Below, one piece after another: positions 36,515-50,266 of a stretch of 64,000 nucleotides of DNA. The notes beneath the pieces are model-generated. The model was not told the origin of the DNA, made no database searches, and was given only the letters and a program-made list of their open reading frames with translations. Numbering within the stretch: position 1 is the stretch's first letter; each line of letters opens with the position of its first letter. A program made the position numbers and the translations under genes. The DNA is from Octopus sinensis (lineage: Eukaryota), in assembly GCF_006345805.1 (NCBI RefSeq), contig NC_043000.1, positions 32,240,001 through 32,304,000 of the forward strand, written 5' to 3'.

Positions 36515-38558
36515 ACGTGACAGCTAGCCGCTGTTGAGCGCTCTTTTCGTTTTCAGCAGCCTCAGAAGCAACACGTATTTGTTCGTCTCCCCGTGGCCTT
36601 TAGGCACAACTTCACAAGCCAGCCCCTACTCAAATCGTCCTGTCGAAAGACCCTTGTCCTACGTCCTGGTTTTTTTGTTGTTTATTTTTTATTTTTACCG
36701 TTATTGTTTTTACGTTTTTGTATTCTTATTGGTGTCACGTATTCTGTATTTTTGTTTGTGTACTTCGATCGTTTTCCGTCCTTTCGTTGTATACATTCGA
36801 AGCTTTCTTCCAGGGGATCTAATGCGCTTGGCTTAGATTTCCCTTGGCGGGCTGGCCATATCGGAGCAATCTCAAGATTAATCAGCCGAAATTGCTAAGA
36901 TGATCTGGTTCTTGACTGATGACTGAGGGCTTCGAATGTCCCGTCCTGTGGTTCTTGTGTCGTCTCTGTGGTGTTTCATGTTCTTGTCCATGTCTGTATT
37001 TAATTTTACTGTTTACCTATATAATCGGCGGCTACGTATCCACAATTGTCCTTATACGATAAGTATATTTTTTCTCAAGCTTTGATACGACTCTTAATCT
37101 GTCTCTTTTTCTCTCTCTCTCCCTCCTCCCTTATTCCACTTCCGTTCTTTCCCTCTCCATCCGTCCCCCCCCCATTCTACGTTTCTCTATCTCTCTCACC
37201 TCCGCCCCCTCGATCTGTCTCTTTCTTTCTCCCTCGTCCACCTTCTCTCCTTTTCATCTGTCCCTTTCTCCTGTCTTTTGTTCTCACGTGACAGCTAGCC
37301 GCTGTTGAGCGCTCTTTTCGTTTTCAGCAGCCTCAGAAGCAACACGTATTTGTTCGTCTCCCCGTGGCCTTTAGGCACAACTTCACAAGCCAGCCCCTAC
37401 TCAAATCGTCCTGTCGAAAGACCTTGTCCTACGTCCTGGTTTTGTTTTGTTGTTTATTTTTTATTTTTACGTTATTGTTTTTACGTTTTTGTATTCTTAT
37501 TGGTGTCACGTATTCTGTATTTTTGTTTGTGTACTTCGATCGTTTTCCGTCCTTTCGTTGTATACATTCGAAGCTTTCTTCCAGGGGATCTAATGCGCTT
37601 GGCTTAGATTTCCCTTGGCGGGCTGGCCATATCGGAGCAATCTCAAGATTAATCAGCCGAAATTGCTAAGATGATCTGGTTCTTGACTGATGACTGAGGG
37701 CTTCGAATGTCCCGTCCTGTGGTTCTTGTGTCGTCTCTGTGGTGTTTCATGTTCTTGTCCATGTCTGTATTTAATTTTACTGTTTACCTATATAATCGGC
37801 GGCTACTACGTATCAATTGTCCTTATACGATAAGTATATTTTTTCTCAAGCTTTGATACGACTCTTAATCTGTCTCTTTTTCTCTCTCTCTCCCTCCTCC
37901 CCCTTATTCCACTTCGTTCTTTCCCTCTCCATCCGTCCCCCCCCCATTCTACGTTTCTCTATCTCTCTCACCTCCAGCCCCCTCGATCTGTCTCTTTCTC
38001 TCTCCTCACTCGTCCACCTTCTCTCCCTTTTCATCTGTCCCTTTCTCCTGTCTTTTGTTCTCACGTGACAGCTAGCCGCTGTTGAGCGCTCTTTTCGTTT
38101 TCAGCAGCCTCAGAAGCAACACGTATTTGTTCGTCTCCCCGTGGCCTTTAGGCACAACTTCACAAGCCAGCCCCTACTCAAATCGTCCTGTCGAAAGACC
38201 CTTGTCCTACGTCCTGGTTTTGTTTTGTTGTTTTTTTTTTATTTTTACCGTTATTGTTTTTACGTTTTTGTATTCTTATTGGTGTCACGTATTCTGTATT
38301 TTTGTTGTGTACTTCGATCGTTTTCCGTCCTTTCGTTGTATACATTCGAAGCTTTCTTCCAGGGGATCTAATGCGCTTGGCTTAGATTTCCCTTGGGGGC
38401 TGGCCATATCGGAGCAATCTCAAGATTAATCAGCCGAAATTGCTAAGATGATCTGGTTCTTGACTGATGACTGAGGGCTTCGAATGTCCCGTCCTGTGGT
38501 TCTTGTGTCGTCTCTGTGGTGTTTCATGTTCTTGTCCATGTCTGTATTTAATTTTACT

Positions 38559-38563
<5 letters not shown>
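36515..38563 (+). repeat. A-B-A-B-A tandem array (unit 771/777 bp; A about 501 bp, B about 270 bp) flanked by (TA)n
   Basis: Unit starts at 36515, 37286 and 38063; the third unit stops at the end of A and runs into (TA)n. Copies differ mainly by small indels. Confidence 0.95.
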
Positions 38564-38615
<52 letters not shown>

Positions 38616-39917
38616 CATGTATTTTGGGTTTTAAAACAGGGAAAAGAGAATTCTGTGCATAAAAACAGAACATATTTTATTAACTGCAATTGCTTTGAGA
38701 GTGAGTCAAATATCTGGCTGGGTATATACATATATATGTTCATACTTTAGTAATTATACCAGTAAAATAAGTTGTAGAATTCCTGGATGCTTTAAGAGTT
38801 CACAAGCATCTATTGAGAATAAAATGCCCTAGATACAAATACAAAACTATAGAACAGATGAATTTGCAAAATGTACAAGATCCCATATACATACACGTAT
38901 GTAGAAGGGTACTAGACATGTATATATAAATGGTGAAGATATGATCACCATAAACCATTTGACCATCAAGTAGGAAATGCTGGACTCTGTTGTTTCAGCA
39001 AGACACAACTGTACAGTGTAGAAGTATGGGGAAATGACCATCACCCTGTGGCCACCTGTCTGCAGGATCAAAACTGAAGACTTCAAGTAGCTCCTTCAAC
39101 AAATTCTACTCACCTCTTCCCCTATTGCCACTGGACTTATGAAGAAACTGTGATGGAGTTTGCTGAACAACCTATGCAAGAAATATTATTGTAGTGCAGT
39201 GCCAGTCCTACTCTCTCGTCCTTCAAACTTGCAGTGGTCTCATACAGCATCAGGAACCACAAGCCCAGTAGATATCAACATGCAGGATTTCTATGGAGTG
39301 ACCTTCTCTTTGATGAGCAACTAAAGAGCTGAAGGGCCGCATCTGTCCTGGGGCCTGTTGAGGGAGTGGGCCTCTGAATGACCTTCTTCCAGAGCTAATT
39401 CTATGAGATGCTAATTAACCCATAGCTGAGATTCTGACAGGTGCTACTGCTCCAGGTCAGAGTAGACCTGGGAGCAATAGGGAGCTAAGGGGTGGTTCCT
39501 CACTCCCCAAAACCCTGGAACTTCAAAACCAGGGCCCCACAACTGGATGCAGTTTAAAGCCATACACAGGACATCAAGAGAGTCACTAAAAAAGAAAAGG
39601 TTTACACCTTATGTGTCTGAGCAAGGAGCAAACTGTATTCAGCAGAACAGTATTTCCATTTTAGTTATAAAATGCGGAAGACTGACATTTGATGTTGTCA
39701 ATAATTCCATGCAAAGCAGCAGAAGATAGGAATTCCCTAGCCATGAAACATACACTGCATTTAATCAGCACTGGCTTCTACTAACACCTGTGTGCTTACT
39801 TCCCTTCAGGTAATTCTCAGGTGTCTTTTAATAAACATGTACAAGAATTCTGTTTAATCACAGAGGGTGTGAGTGTGCGTGTAACATTGTGTGTTCATGC
39901 AGGCATGCATTCATGCA

Positions 39918-39956
<39 letters not shown>

Positions 39957-40557
39957 TGTGTGTGTGCATGTGTGTGTGTGTGTAAATGTGTGTATACAAG
40001 TGTGTGTGTGTATTTATGTGTGTGCAACATAATGAAAGTGCTGAAATTAATCCTGTAAGAATAATCATCTTTGCAAAGAGGAATCTATCCATAAAACAGA
40101 GATTTCTAATTGATTTAATAAAAATTTTCAAAAAAGGAAAAAAAGGTGCTTTGTTATTCTGAAACCATAAAAATAACTGAACCAGACGAAAGAAATTCAA
40201 CAAACAAAAAAAAACAATAAACAGAATAAATATTGAATTAATGAAAATGTATAAAATTATATTTATCGATGGGAGTTTTGTACCTTACAGGACTAAAGAA
40301 CAACAACAACAACAATAACCAGGCTTTTGGGACTGAACCAACATCTTTTGGGACCAAATGGCAACAAAAACAACTACATTTCATGAAACTGAACAACAAA
40401 ATCTACATCTTTTCGGATGAAACTAACAACTACAGCTTTGATGCTTAAACAACCACCATGCGTTATGAAACCAAACAACAACAACAACTATACTTTCTCT
40501 GGCTAAAGAGCATTTCTTCCTCTTCTGGTAATGGGAGGGGGAATAAATCATCATCCC

Positions 40558-41020
40558 AATAGAGTCCAGAAGCTGGCTACCCGCATGGTTCTTGGTCTCA
40601 AGCATTTGTCTTATGAAGAAAGGCTGAAGACGCTCGACCTTTATTCTCTGGAAAAACGACGACACTGTAGTGATCTCATTCTCGTTCACAACATCATAAG
40701 CGGAAAGTGTAACCACTCAAAAGAGCTGTTCTTCACTCCTGCTCCAGAGCGTGGGCTGCGGAGTCACTCTGAAAAGCTCTATCTACGACAATTTCATCTC
40801 AATCGAAGGAGAGAGGCTTTCTCTGACCGGGTTGCGGATCCGTGGAATAAGCTGCCGGACGAGATAGTGAAGATGCCGATGACCGCTCGGTTCAAAGTCT
40901 CTCTTGACCAGAAATGGTCTGAACTTTTTGTATGACCACCCTCCCTGTACATAACTCCCTGTCCCCCTACATGGCCTTGCTTTTGCTTTTTGAGCCAATT
41001 GAAATTGAATTGAATTGAAA
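40558..41020 (+). mobile_element. CR1-clade LINE 3' end
   Basis: RVQKLATRMV.GLKHLSYEERLKTLDLYSLEKRR...DPWNKLPDEIV...FKVSLD, stop at 40933-35, (ATTGA)n tail. Confidence 0.88.
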
Positions 41021-42237
41021 ATGACAAGAACAGCAACAACTTTTCTATAGGAAATTTCAAAAGAAGCTTCACAAAGCCATAAAATAGTTTAATAAATATT
41101 TAGTTTTATATCAGAGAGTGATGAAGTGGACCTCAAAGACCACGAAAATAAACCTAGAATTCAGCTTAGAAAAATAACCTACATGATAGAATAATTATCA
41201 TGGTTAAGTTTGTTTCCTAACCACAGTCTACATTGTTTTTTTTTTATGATAGCCTCAGGCCCATCAAAGGCTTGAGCATATAATTTGGCTGAGGGAAACT
41301 GAAAGAAGCCCTACATATATCATTAGCATTTAATATCTATGTCCCAAGCTGACATGGGTTGGACAGTTTGACATGATCTGATGAGCTACAGGACTGCATC
41401 AAGCTCCAATGTCTGCTTTGGCCATAGTTTCCATGGCTGGATGTAAAGAATGTGCTGGGTGCCTTTTATGTGGCACCAGAACTGGTGAGGTGACCAAGTA
41501 ATTCAGAAGACAAAGAAAGTGAATAGGAGAGGCGGCCTCATGCCAGGAGGTGAAAGGTCAAAGTATGATTGGCTAGAGAGGAGATACATGGTTACCCCAC
41601 AAACTCTCAAGAGACAAGGAGGTGAGTAAAAGAATATGGAGAGAGAACTAGGAGGAGTGGGAGGGGCATGTAATTTGATAAGAGGGTGGGAGGAAAGTAA
41701 CAAATAGTTAGCGATGAGTGTAAGGGTGAATGCAGTGATTACACACACACACACGCATATATCCATATATTGCTGTTTCTCCATCCTGACATCAAGTGGC
41801 AGTCGTAAATGAGTGTCATCATCTTACAAGAAGTGTCCTTTGCTTCTAATTTTACATGAAAACATGACTGGCCATGAAGGAAATAGTAAATCCCTTGGAA
41901 CTGAGTGGGTTAAGTAGCAGGAAGGATATCTGGCCAAAGAAAATCCACCCCAGGGAATTTCATTCAATCCATGTAAGCCTGGAAAAGTGGTCGTTAAGAT
42001 GATGACGATGGTGATGATATAATTGATTTGAAGCAAGAGCAAATTAGTTCACTGAAAGCATGTACAGACAGACCAATTAAAACGAACTTCCAAGCTAATT
42101 AATTCACCCCAGACTAATTAATAACAAAGTCCACCAGACAATTTACTTCACCCATCTTCTCCTTCCCAAAACATTATTTCCCACAGCCATTGACCTTCAC
42201 ACATTCAAGCAGAATGTCAATGACTTAAATTCCTCAA

Positions 42238-42885
42238 TGGTAAAGCAGGATATAGAACGGTAGATTGGTGGTAGAAGAAGATATGGAATGGTAAATCAAT
42301 GATAAAACAGGATATGAAATGATAGACTGATGGAAGAACAGGATATGGAATAGGAGATTGATGGTAGAAGAGGATATGGAATGGTAATCTATGGTAGAGC
42401 AGGAAACACAATAGTTGATCAATGATAGAATATGGAATGGGAGATCAGCGGGAGAGGATATGCAATGCTTAACTGATTGTATAGGAAGATATGGAATGGC
42501 AAGATGCTAGCAGAATGAGATACACAATGGTAGATCAGTCAATGGTAGAATAGGATATGGAATGGTAGAGGAAAATATGGAATGGTAGATCAGTGTTATA
42601 TCAAGATATAGAATGGTAGATTGATGGTAGAAGAGGATAGGCATCGGTAGGTTGATGGTAAAGGAAGATATAGAATGGTAATCAATGATAGAATGGGATA
42701 TGAAATGGATGATCAACAGTAGAACAGGATATGGTAGATTTATAATGGTAGATTGATGGTAGAAGAAAATATGGAATGGCTAGTCAATAATAGTGGTAAA
42801 TGTGGAATGGTAGATTGATGGTAGAACAGTATGCGAAACAATGCCAGACTGATTGTTGTTGCAGAATATGGAATGGTAAAGCAGT
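42238..42885. repeat. Degenerate ~30-bp minisatellite (GGATATGGAATGGTAGATTGATGGTAGAA.A), about 20 units
   Basis: Recurrent GATATGGAATGGTAGAT core at roughly 30-bp period. Confidence 0.85.
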
Positions 42886-45229
42886 GAAAATTAAATAATA
42901 CGCACTTCTGGGATTTGCATTCCTGCAAATTTTGAAAAAGCAGCTCACAGTTTCACCTTCACTAAAAGACACAACCCTTCCATCATAATCAGCAAATATT
43001 GAGAACCAAATACAAAGTGTTCATTCTGTAAGTTATGGTTCCACTTGAGTAACCAAATTCTTTAACAGAAACAGAAGCATTTCTATGGACAGGAATACTT
43101 TCAATATATTTTACATAAAGACTCCTTAGATTGTTTGTTCAATGATTCTATAAAAATGACTGATAATGGCTAATTACCAATATGGAGCCATTATTTGAAC
43201 TGACATCTCAATGCCAAGAAGAACGATATAGTAAATTGTTGTTGTTTTTTAATCATAAGTAAAATTAAGAATGGATAATTAAACCATAATTAACTGTGCT
43301 GACAAAAGAAAAACGTAAACAATATTAGTTGGCAAACAAATACAAAACTTTTCAGAGAACTACAGCCTTGCATGCTGGGATTCCCAAACTGGGTTTAACT
43401 CATGGAAAAGGATTTAGTGAAAATGCTAGATCTATCAACACAACTATGGAAACAAAATGGCATGGTGCTCAAATGCAAGACTAAGGTGCAGTTACCAAGT
43501 TGATCTGGAAATATCTTTTTGTAAAAGTGGCAAAAAGTTGACTTTCTGTTCCAATCTACAAAGATAAGGGTTGAAAAAATACAACATAAGTGAAACATTT
43601 CATAAATCTACAAGTTGATTATGGATATGGAGTTAATATTCTTGGAAATGAATTCAAATAAAAGTGAAAGTTTGGATTGTGAAGTATAATTGGATGTTTT
43701 GGATCAAAAGAAAAATGAATATTTAGGGATTGTCTTATTGATATGGTTTAAGGGGACTTTTATGAATAAAAGAATCATATTCTAAGTAGAGGGTATTTGC
43801 CCTCAATGACCAAAATACTGGATGGAAAACATTAACTGTAACCTGGAACTGAAAAGGTTTAACATTATAGTTGACTGTTACAAGACTGATAAGACTAAAA
43901 AAAAAAGCGGGGTGGGAATATACAACCATCTGAAAAGTGTCCACAGGAAACAGCAAACGTAAAGTTTTGCAATGGTCTGGCTCTTTGTCGGTTACGATGA
44001 ATGTTTCAATTGATTCAATCAGCAGAATTAGCCTGTTCATGAAATTAATGGGCAAGTGGCTGAGTACTCCACAGACATATGTACCGTTAACATAGTTCTC
44101 AAGGGGACTCAGCATGACACAGAGTGTGACAAGGCTGGCTCTTTTAAATTCAAAATTTTGTAATAGCAGTATTAATAAAATTGAACTAATGGAATCAATA
44201 AAATCTTGGATGACCAGTTAAGGGAATAATGGCTCACTGATTGTCTCTCTGCTGTCCCCTTGGAAATTAGATTCAACCCTCTGTGACTTAGTATAGCAGT
44301 ATCAACATGTGGTGAATGACAGTTGTCAGTTCAATTTTATATTTAAAAAAAAACATCAATTTTGAAATATACTCATCATCATCGTTTAACGTCCGTTTTC
44401 CATGCTAGCATGGGTTGGACGGTTCGACCGGGGTCTGGGAAGCTAGGAGGCTGCACCAGGCTCCAGTCTGCTCTGGCAGTGTTTCTACTGCTGGATGCCC
44501 TTCCTAATGCCAACCACTCCATGAATGTAGTGAATGCTTTTTACGTGCCAGGGGAGGCTGGCAACGGCCACGATCAGTTGGTGCTTTTTACGTGCCACCA
44601 GCATGGAAGCCAGTCAAGGTGGCGCTGATACTGTAAAATATATATCACCAGCATGCATTTAGAATTGGCGCTTGAGTAAAATTGGTTCTAATTGGCCAAA
44701 ACAATGCCCCTCAGACTATATTTTATGTTCTCAACCAAAGAAAAAGAATTTTATAATTCCATCAACTAAAACAGGTTCTATATTTCCCCTCCACCTTGTC
44801 TATAGACACTGAGCCAAATGGAAGTTCTTATTTTTTCTCTTTCAAATTTACGTTTCTCTGCTGAATGGATTGTAGAGATATTCTAGAGCTACACTGAAAG
44901 ATGGGGTGCAGCTGAAGAAATGCAAAATTTATTTCAAGCACTAGTCTTCTCAAGAACTGTATTCATTCATTTAGACAATTTCCATCTATGTTCTCACTCT
45001 AAGGGCTCTCATTTAATAAAACAGCATGTGTGTGTGTGTATAACTATTCGCCACATGGAATTTTTTTCTTGAAGCCTTTCACTATATATACAGAAGGACA
45101 GGTTTAGAAATGATTATCTCCCCCTGAGTAGCAACTCTCTTCAGCTCTCTATCCCATTATATACAACTTCTTGCAAGATAACCATATATATATATATATG
45201 TTTGTATATATATTATGTTTATGTATTCA

Positions 45230-45495
45230 TTATGCAAGATTCTTGATGTGAACTTGTGTGTTGAAACAGATATTGTTGTATTTGGGGATGGTCATGTTAG
45301 CCAACGAAAGCACACACACACTATTTATTCGGCGTTTGCTTGCTTCAGCTTTATTTTATATTAACGAAGGAACTCTTGCACAAATATAATTAATATGAAA
45401 CAAAGCTGAAGCAACCAAACACTGAATAAATAGTGCGTTTTTTTTTCCATTGGCTAAACTGGCATCATGGCCATCCCCAAATACAACAATATGTA
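45230..45495. repeat. Foldback element with centre deleted; same family as 50267-50688
   Basis: Inverted arms about 45270-45360 / 45395-45490, sharing GTATTT.GG.ATGGTCA...GCTTCAGC with the 50.3-kb copy. Confidence 0.7.
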
Positions 45496-46671
45496 TGTAT
45501 GTATATATATATAGATATATATATATAGTGAAAATACATTTCTTCAAAACGAGATTCTATCAGTTAATATAAGGATATACATATAAGATTCATTTACCTA
45601 AAAAGCACCATCCGTATGTGGCCGATGCCAGCGCTGCCTTGAATGGCTTCCGTGTTGGTGGTATGTAAAAACCACCAACCGATCGTGGCCATTTACAGCC
45701 TCCCCAGGCACCTGTGCCGGTGGCATGTAAAAAGCACCCACTACACTCACGGAGTGGTTGGCGTTAGGAAGGGCATCCAGCTGTAGAAACACTGCCAGAT
45801 CAGACTGGAGCCTGGTGCAGCCTCCTGGCTTCCTAGACCCCGGTCGAACCGTCCAACCTATGCTAGCATGGAAAATGGACGTTAAACGATGATGATGATG
45901 ATGATGATGAAAATCTCCTAACCCCACCCAGTTTTCCTTGGTCTTGAGTTATATTTACATTTTATAGTCTAGTTAGCTAATAACAATATGAAGAAAAAAA
46001 AACAAATGTTTTAAGTTCAATAAGTTCATTTCACTGTTTCAATCCCAGGTCAGCTTCTCTTTAAGAATGGAAGCTCAAGAAAAGGGGACACAATTCAAAG
46101 CTGTAAAAAAAAAATTTCACTTTTTCATTTTTTAACAGAAAATTTGTCATTAACAACATTCCTGCCAAATCAAATTTTAAAGATTTCTCAAGTGTAATGT
46201 TCACTGTCAAAACAAAAACAGCTTTTATTAAATAGTTGTTAAAAAATAAAAATAGTACATCAGACAAAGAACAATCATTGATAAAAACAAAAAACCTGGG
46301 GTTTTTAGGATTATATATATGTGTGTGTGTGTGTAATCCATACTAAGCCATACCAGCATGGAAAATGAATGTTAAATGATGATGATGGTGATGATGATGA
46401 TGATGATGATGGTGATGATGACACCAATTGCAATGAGATTACAAAGTAACTTATATATTCTTTTATTTGTTTCAGTCATTTGACTGTGGCCATGCTGGAG
46501 CACTGCCTTTAGTCGAGCATATCGACCCCCGGACTTATTCTTTGTAAGCCTAGTACTTATTCTATCGGTCTCTTTTGCCGAACCGCTAAGCTACGGAACG
46601 TAAACACACCAGCATCGGTTGTCAAGCAATGTTGGGGTGACAAACACAGACACACAAACATATACACACAC

Positions 46672-46704
<33 letters not shown>

Positions 46705-47372
46705 CATATATATGACGGCCTTCTTTCAGTTTCTGTCTACCAAATCCATTCACAAGGCATTGGTCGACTCGAGGCTATAGTCGAAGACACTTGCCCAAGG
46801 TGCCACGCAGTGGGACTGAACCCAGAACCATGTGGTTCGTAAGCAAGCTACTTACCACACAGCTACTCCTACTTTTCAAAAAGTATTACTATGCAGTCAC
46901 AATATTTAAAAGAAAGATTTTCTTTAAACTTTATTTTTAAAAAATCTTTTTACAAACAAAATGTCACAAATGTTTGAGGAAGAAATATTCCCATTGAGTG
47001 TATGAGGTGAGTAAGCAGTTTTGGTATTGAAAAAGTTGAATAACAGACACAATATAAACATTTCTTTCCAAAAGATTTCTGACATTCTGATTTTTAAACA
47101 ATTTTATTAAATAATAACTTTTAAGAAAATTTATATACATACATACAAATACACATAGGCGTAGGAGTGGCTGTGTGGTAAGTAGCTTGCTTACGAACCA
47201 CATGGTTCCGTGTTCAGTCCCACTGTGTGGCACCTTGGGTAAGTGTCTTCTACTATAGCCTCGGGCCAACCAAAGCCTTGTGAGTGGATTTGGTAGACGG
47301 AAACTGAAAGAAGCCCATCGTATGTATGTATGTATGTATATATATATATATATAATATATATATATATATAT

Positions 47373-47405
<33 letters not shown>

Positions 47406-49030
47406 GTACATGTGTGTGTATATGTTTGTGCGTCTGAGTTTGTCCCCCCCAACATCACTTGTCAATCGATGCTGGTGTGTTTACGTCTCCGTAATTTAGC
47501 GGTTCGGCAAAAAGAGAACCGATAGAATAAGTACTAGGCTTACAAAGAATAAGTCCTGGGGCCGATTTACTCGACTAAAGGCGGTGCTCCAGCATGACCA
47601 CAGTCAAATGACTGAAACAAGTAAAAGAGTATACACCACATCAATAAATTCCATCAAACCTATAAAGCATGGAGAAGGGAATTTTAAACAATGATGATGA
47701 TTATACACCATACACAGCCATACATATACATCATCATCATCATATACACTTGTATATATATATATATATACATATGGATAATCTTGATACATGTCAAGAG
47801 TCAGGCATGATTGTATGGAAGTGCAATCTGCTTCACAACTAAGTGGCTTTAAGTTCAGTGCCACTGTATGCCATTCTGTGCCACCTGAGATTAGCCCCTT
47901 GTGAGTGAATTTGGTAAAAGAAAACTATAGGAAGCCAATCATGTGTGTGTGTGCATACACACACATACACACACATGATCCACCTGATTATTTTCACTCT
48001 CTTTTCTAAATCTGAGTAGCCATGTAGCCCCTCCCAAAGAAGAAACCTGCTCTGCCCGCTTTTTACATACTGTGAGCCCTTTATCTCCTAGCATAAAGCC
48101 ATCACCATCCTGTCTTAGGGTTCATGGTCTTGCATACTACAAGGTGGCCTCACTAGTGCTGGTGCTACATAAAATGCACCCAGTCCACACTCTGTAAAGT
48201 GGTTGGCATTAGGAAAGGCATCCTGTCACAGAAACCATACCAAAGCCTCAGACACTAGAGAATGATGCAGTCTTTTGAACCATCCAACGCATGCCTGCAC
48301 GAAACATGGATATTTAATGGCACATGTGTGTGTGTATGTGCAAAAGTGCATGGATGTTGACATTCCTTGTTGATATCAGGACTGATCATTCTGTGCTCTT
48401 AAAGGCTTGTAGAATAAAAAAAAAATGTAAGTTCCCTTCCAACCCATACTAGCATGGAAAAATGGTTATTAAATAAACGAATGAATAAATATTATGTAGT
48501 TTGCTTCTAAACTACATGGTTCTGGGTTCAGTTCTACTTTGGCCAAAATGTCTTCTAGCCTAGTCTTGGGCTGACCAATGCATTCCGAGTGAAGCTAATA
48601 GACAGAAGCTGAAAGAAACCCATTGTATATCTGTGTGTGTTTGTGTGACCCCTTATCTTGACATTGCCTCACAGTTGTAAACAAACGTCCCTGTCATACA
48701 TGCAGTGTTGTTCATTTCCAGTTGTCAGTGGAAACATGTCCAGCCAAGGAAAAATAGTACTTGATATCTATTTACGAACAATATCGATGACGAGAAGGGT
48801 ACCCAGCCTTAGAAAGCCTGCTTCAGTGAATTGCCTTACTCATGGAAGTTACGAGGACGATGATACACACACACACAATATTTCTTGTGTTGTGATCATA
48901 TGAAAAATAAAGCCAAAGGTTGTCAAATCCGTAATCTCATTGACGCCATTACCATACCAAGATCTGCAGCATGGATGTGTTTTGTGTGGAAAACATTTTA
49001 TATCAAAGATGCAATTCAAAAGTTACTTAC

Positions 49031-49089
49031 TTAGTTCCAATTTTGACAGCTTGTGATACACATCGGTCTCCACATAACATTTTGTAATA
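49031..49089 (-). CDS. SNX14: SNX14 exon F: YYKMLCGDRCVSQAVKIGT(K)
   Basis: 59 nt, TTTGCAG|TAT...AA|GTAAGT, phase 0->2. Fits between exons E and G in frame; continues SDE-YY..LCG, similar to SNX14 SDEYF..LL.G. Confidence 0.82.
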
Positions 49090-50266
49090 CTGCAAATAAA
49101 AACACAAATAACCTGCTGTAAACATCAGGAATTACTGAGATAATCTCTTTTCTAACCAAATCTACATCCATCACACACAAGTGATTTAATAATAATGAAA
49201 TTATTGTATGTTTAAAAGCAGGAATATACAGACTATCATCCATAACCAAAACTATGCTCTCCTTCATCACATTCATCATTTAACGTCCGTTTTCCATGCT
49301 GGCATGGGCTGGATGGTTTGACAGATGCTGGCAAGGCCAGGAGCTGCACCATTGTCTGTTTTGGCATAGTTTCTACACCTGGATGCCCTTCCTAACACAA
49401 GCCACTTTACAGAGCGGACTGGCTGTTTTTTACATGCCACCAGCACCAGTGAAATACACTGGTGCTGATAAACCATTGAAAAGCTATTGAAATTTCAAGG
49501 AAGTGTTTAATAGCCATAGAATTTACTGGGTTTACCAAGACAATGTCTATCATCATCATCATCATCATCACCGTTTAACGTCCGCTTTCCATGCTAGCAT
49601 GGGTTGGATGATTTTGACTGAGGGCTGGTGAACCAGATGGCTGCACCAGGCCCCAATCTTGATCTGGCAGAGTTTCTACAGCTGGATGCCCTTCCTAACG
49701 TCAACCACTCCGAGAGTGTAGTGGGTGCTTTTTACGTGCCACCAGCACAGGTGCCAGTCAGGCGGTACTGGCAATGACCTCGTTCGAATCTTTTTACACA
49801 TGCCACCAGCACAGGTGCCAGTAAGGCGATGCTGGTAACGATCACGCTCAAATGGTGTCTTTTACGTGCCACTGGCACGGAGGCCAGATAGCCGCTCTGG
49901 TAACGATCACGCTCGGATGGTGCTCTTAATACCCTACTAGCACGGGGCTCAAGTGCCAGTAAGGCAACGTGCTCGAATGGTGCCTTTTAAGTGCCACTGG
50001 CACGGAAGCCGGACGGGCGCCAGTCATCAAATTTGATTTTGATTTTGCTTGCAATGTCTGTGTGACAAACTGTCATCACCTACAGCTCGGTGACAGTTAT
50101 GTCCCTTTGGAAAGTTCTACTCTACGGTGTGATTGTGTTAAGGCAAGATATCAACTCTCCTAACAATGTGTACTTCTGAATCGAAGTAACTGAGTAATCT
50201 TTTATATTATGATACAACACGAAGGAACATGGCTATCACTACACTTCATTGGATAAAACATGTGAC

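Noticed and set aside
36534-38429. Repeated ~100-aa hydrophobic ORFs in the tandem array
   Set aside because: Non-ATG starts, T-rich low complexity, and indels between copies swap the frames.
42903-42962. Exon-like stretch EGETVSCFFKICRNANPR on the minus strand
   Set aside because: Weak GTGCGT donor, phase 2->1 would break the F-G frame, and no SNX14 similarity.
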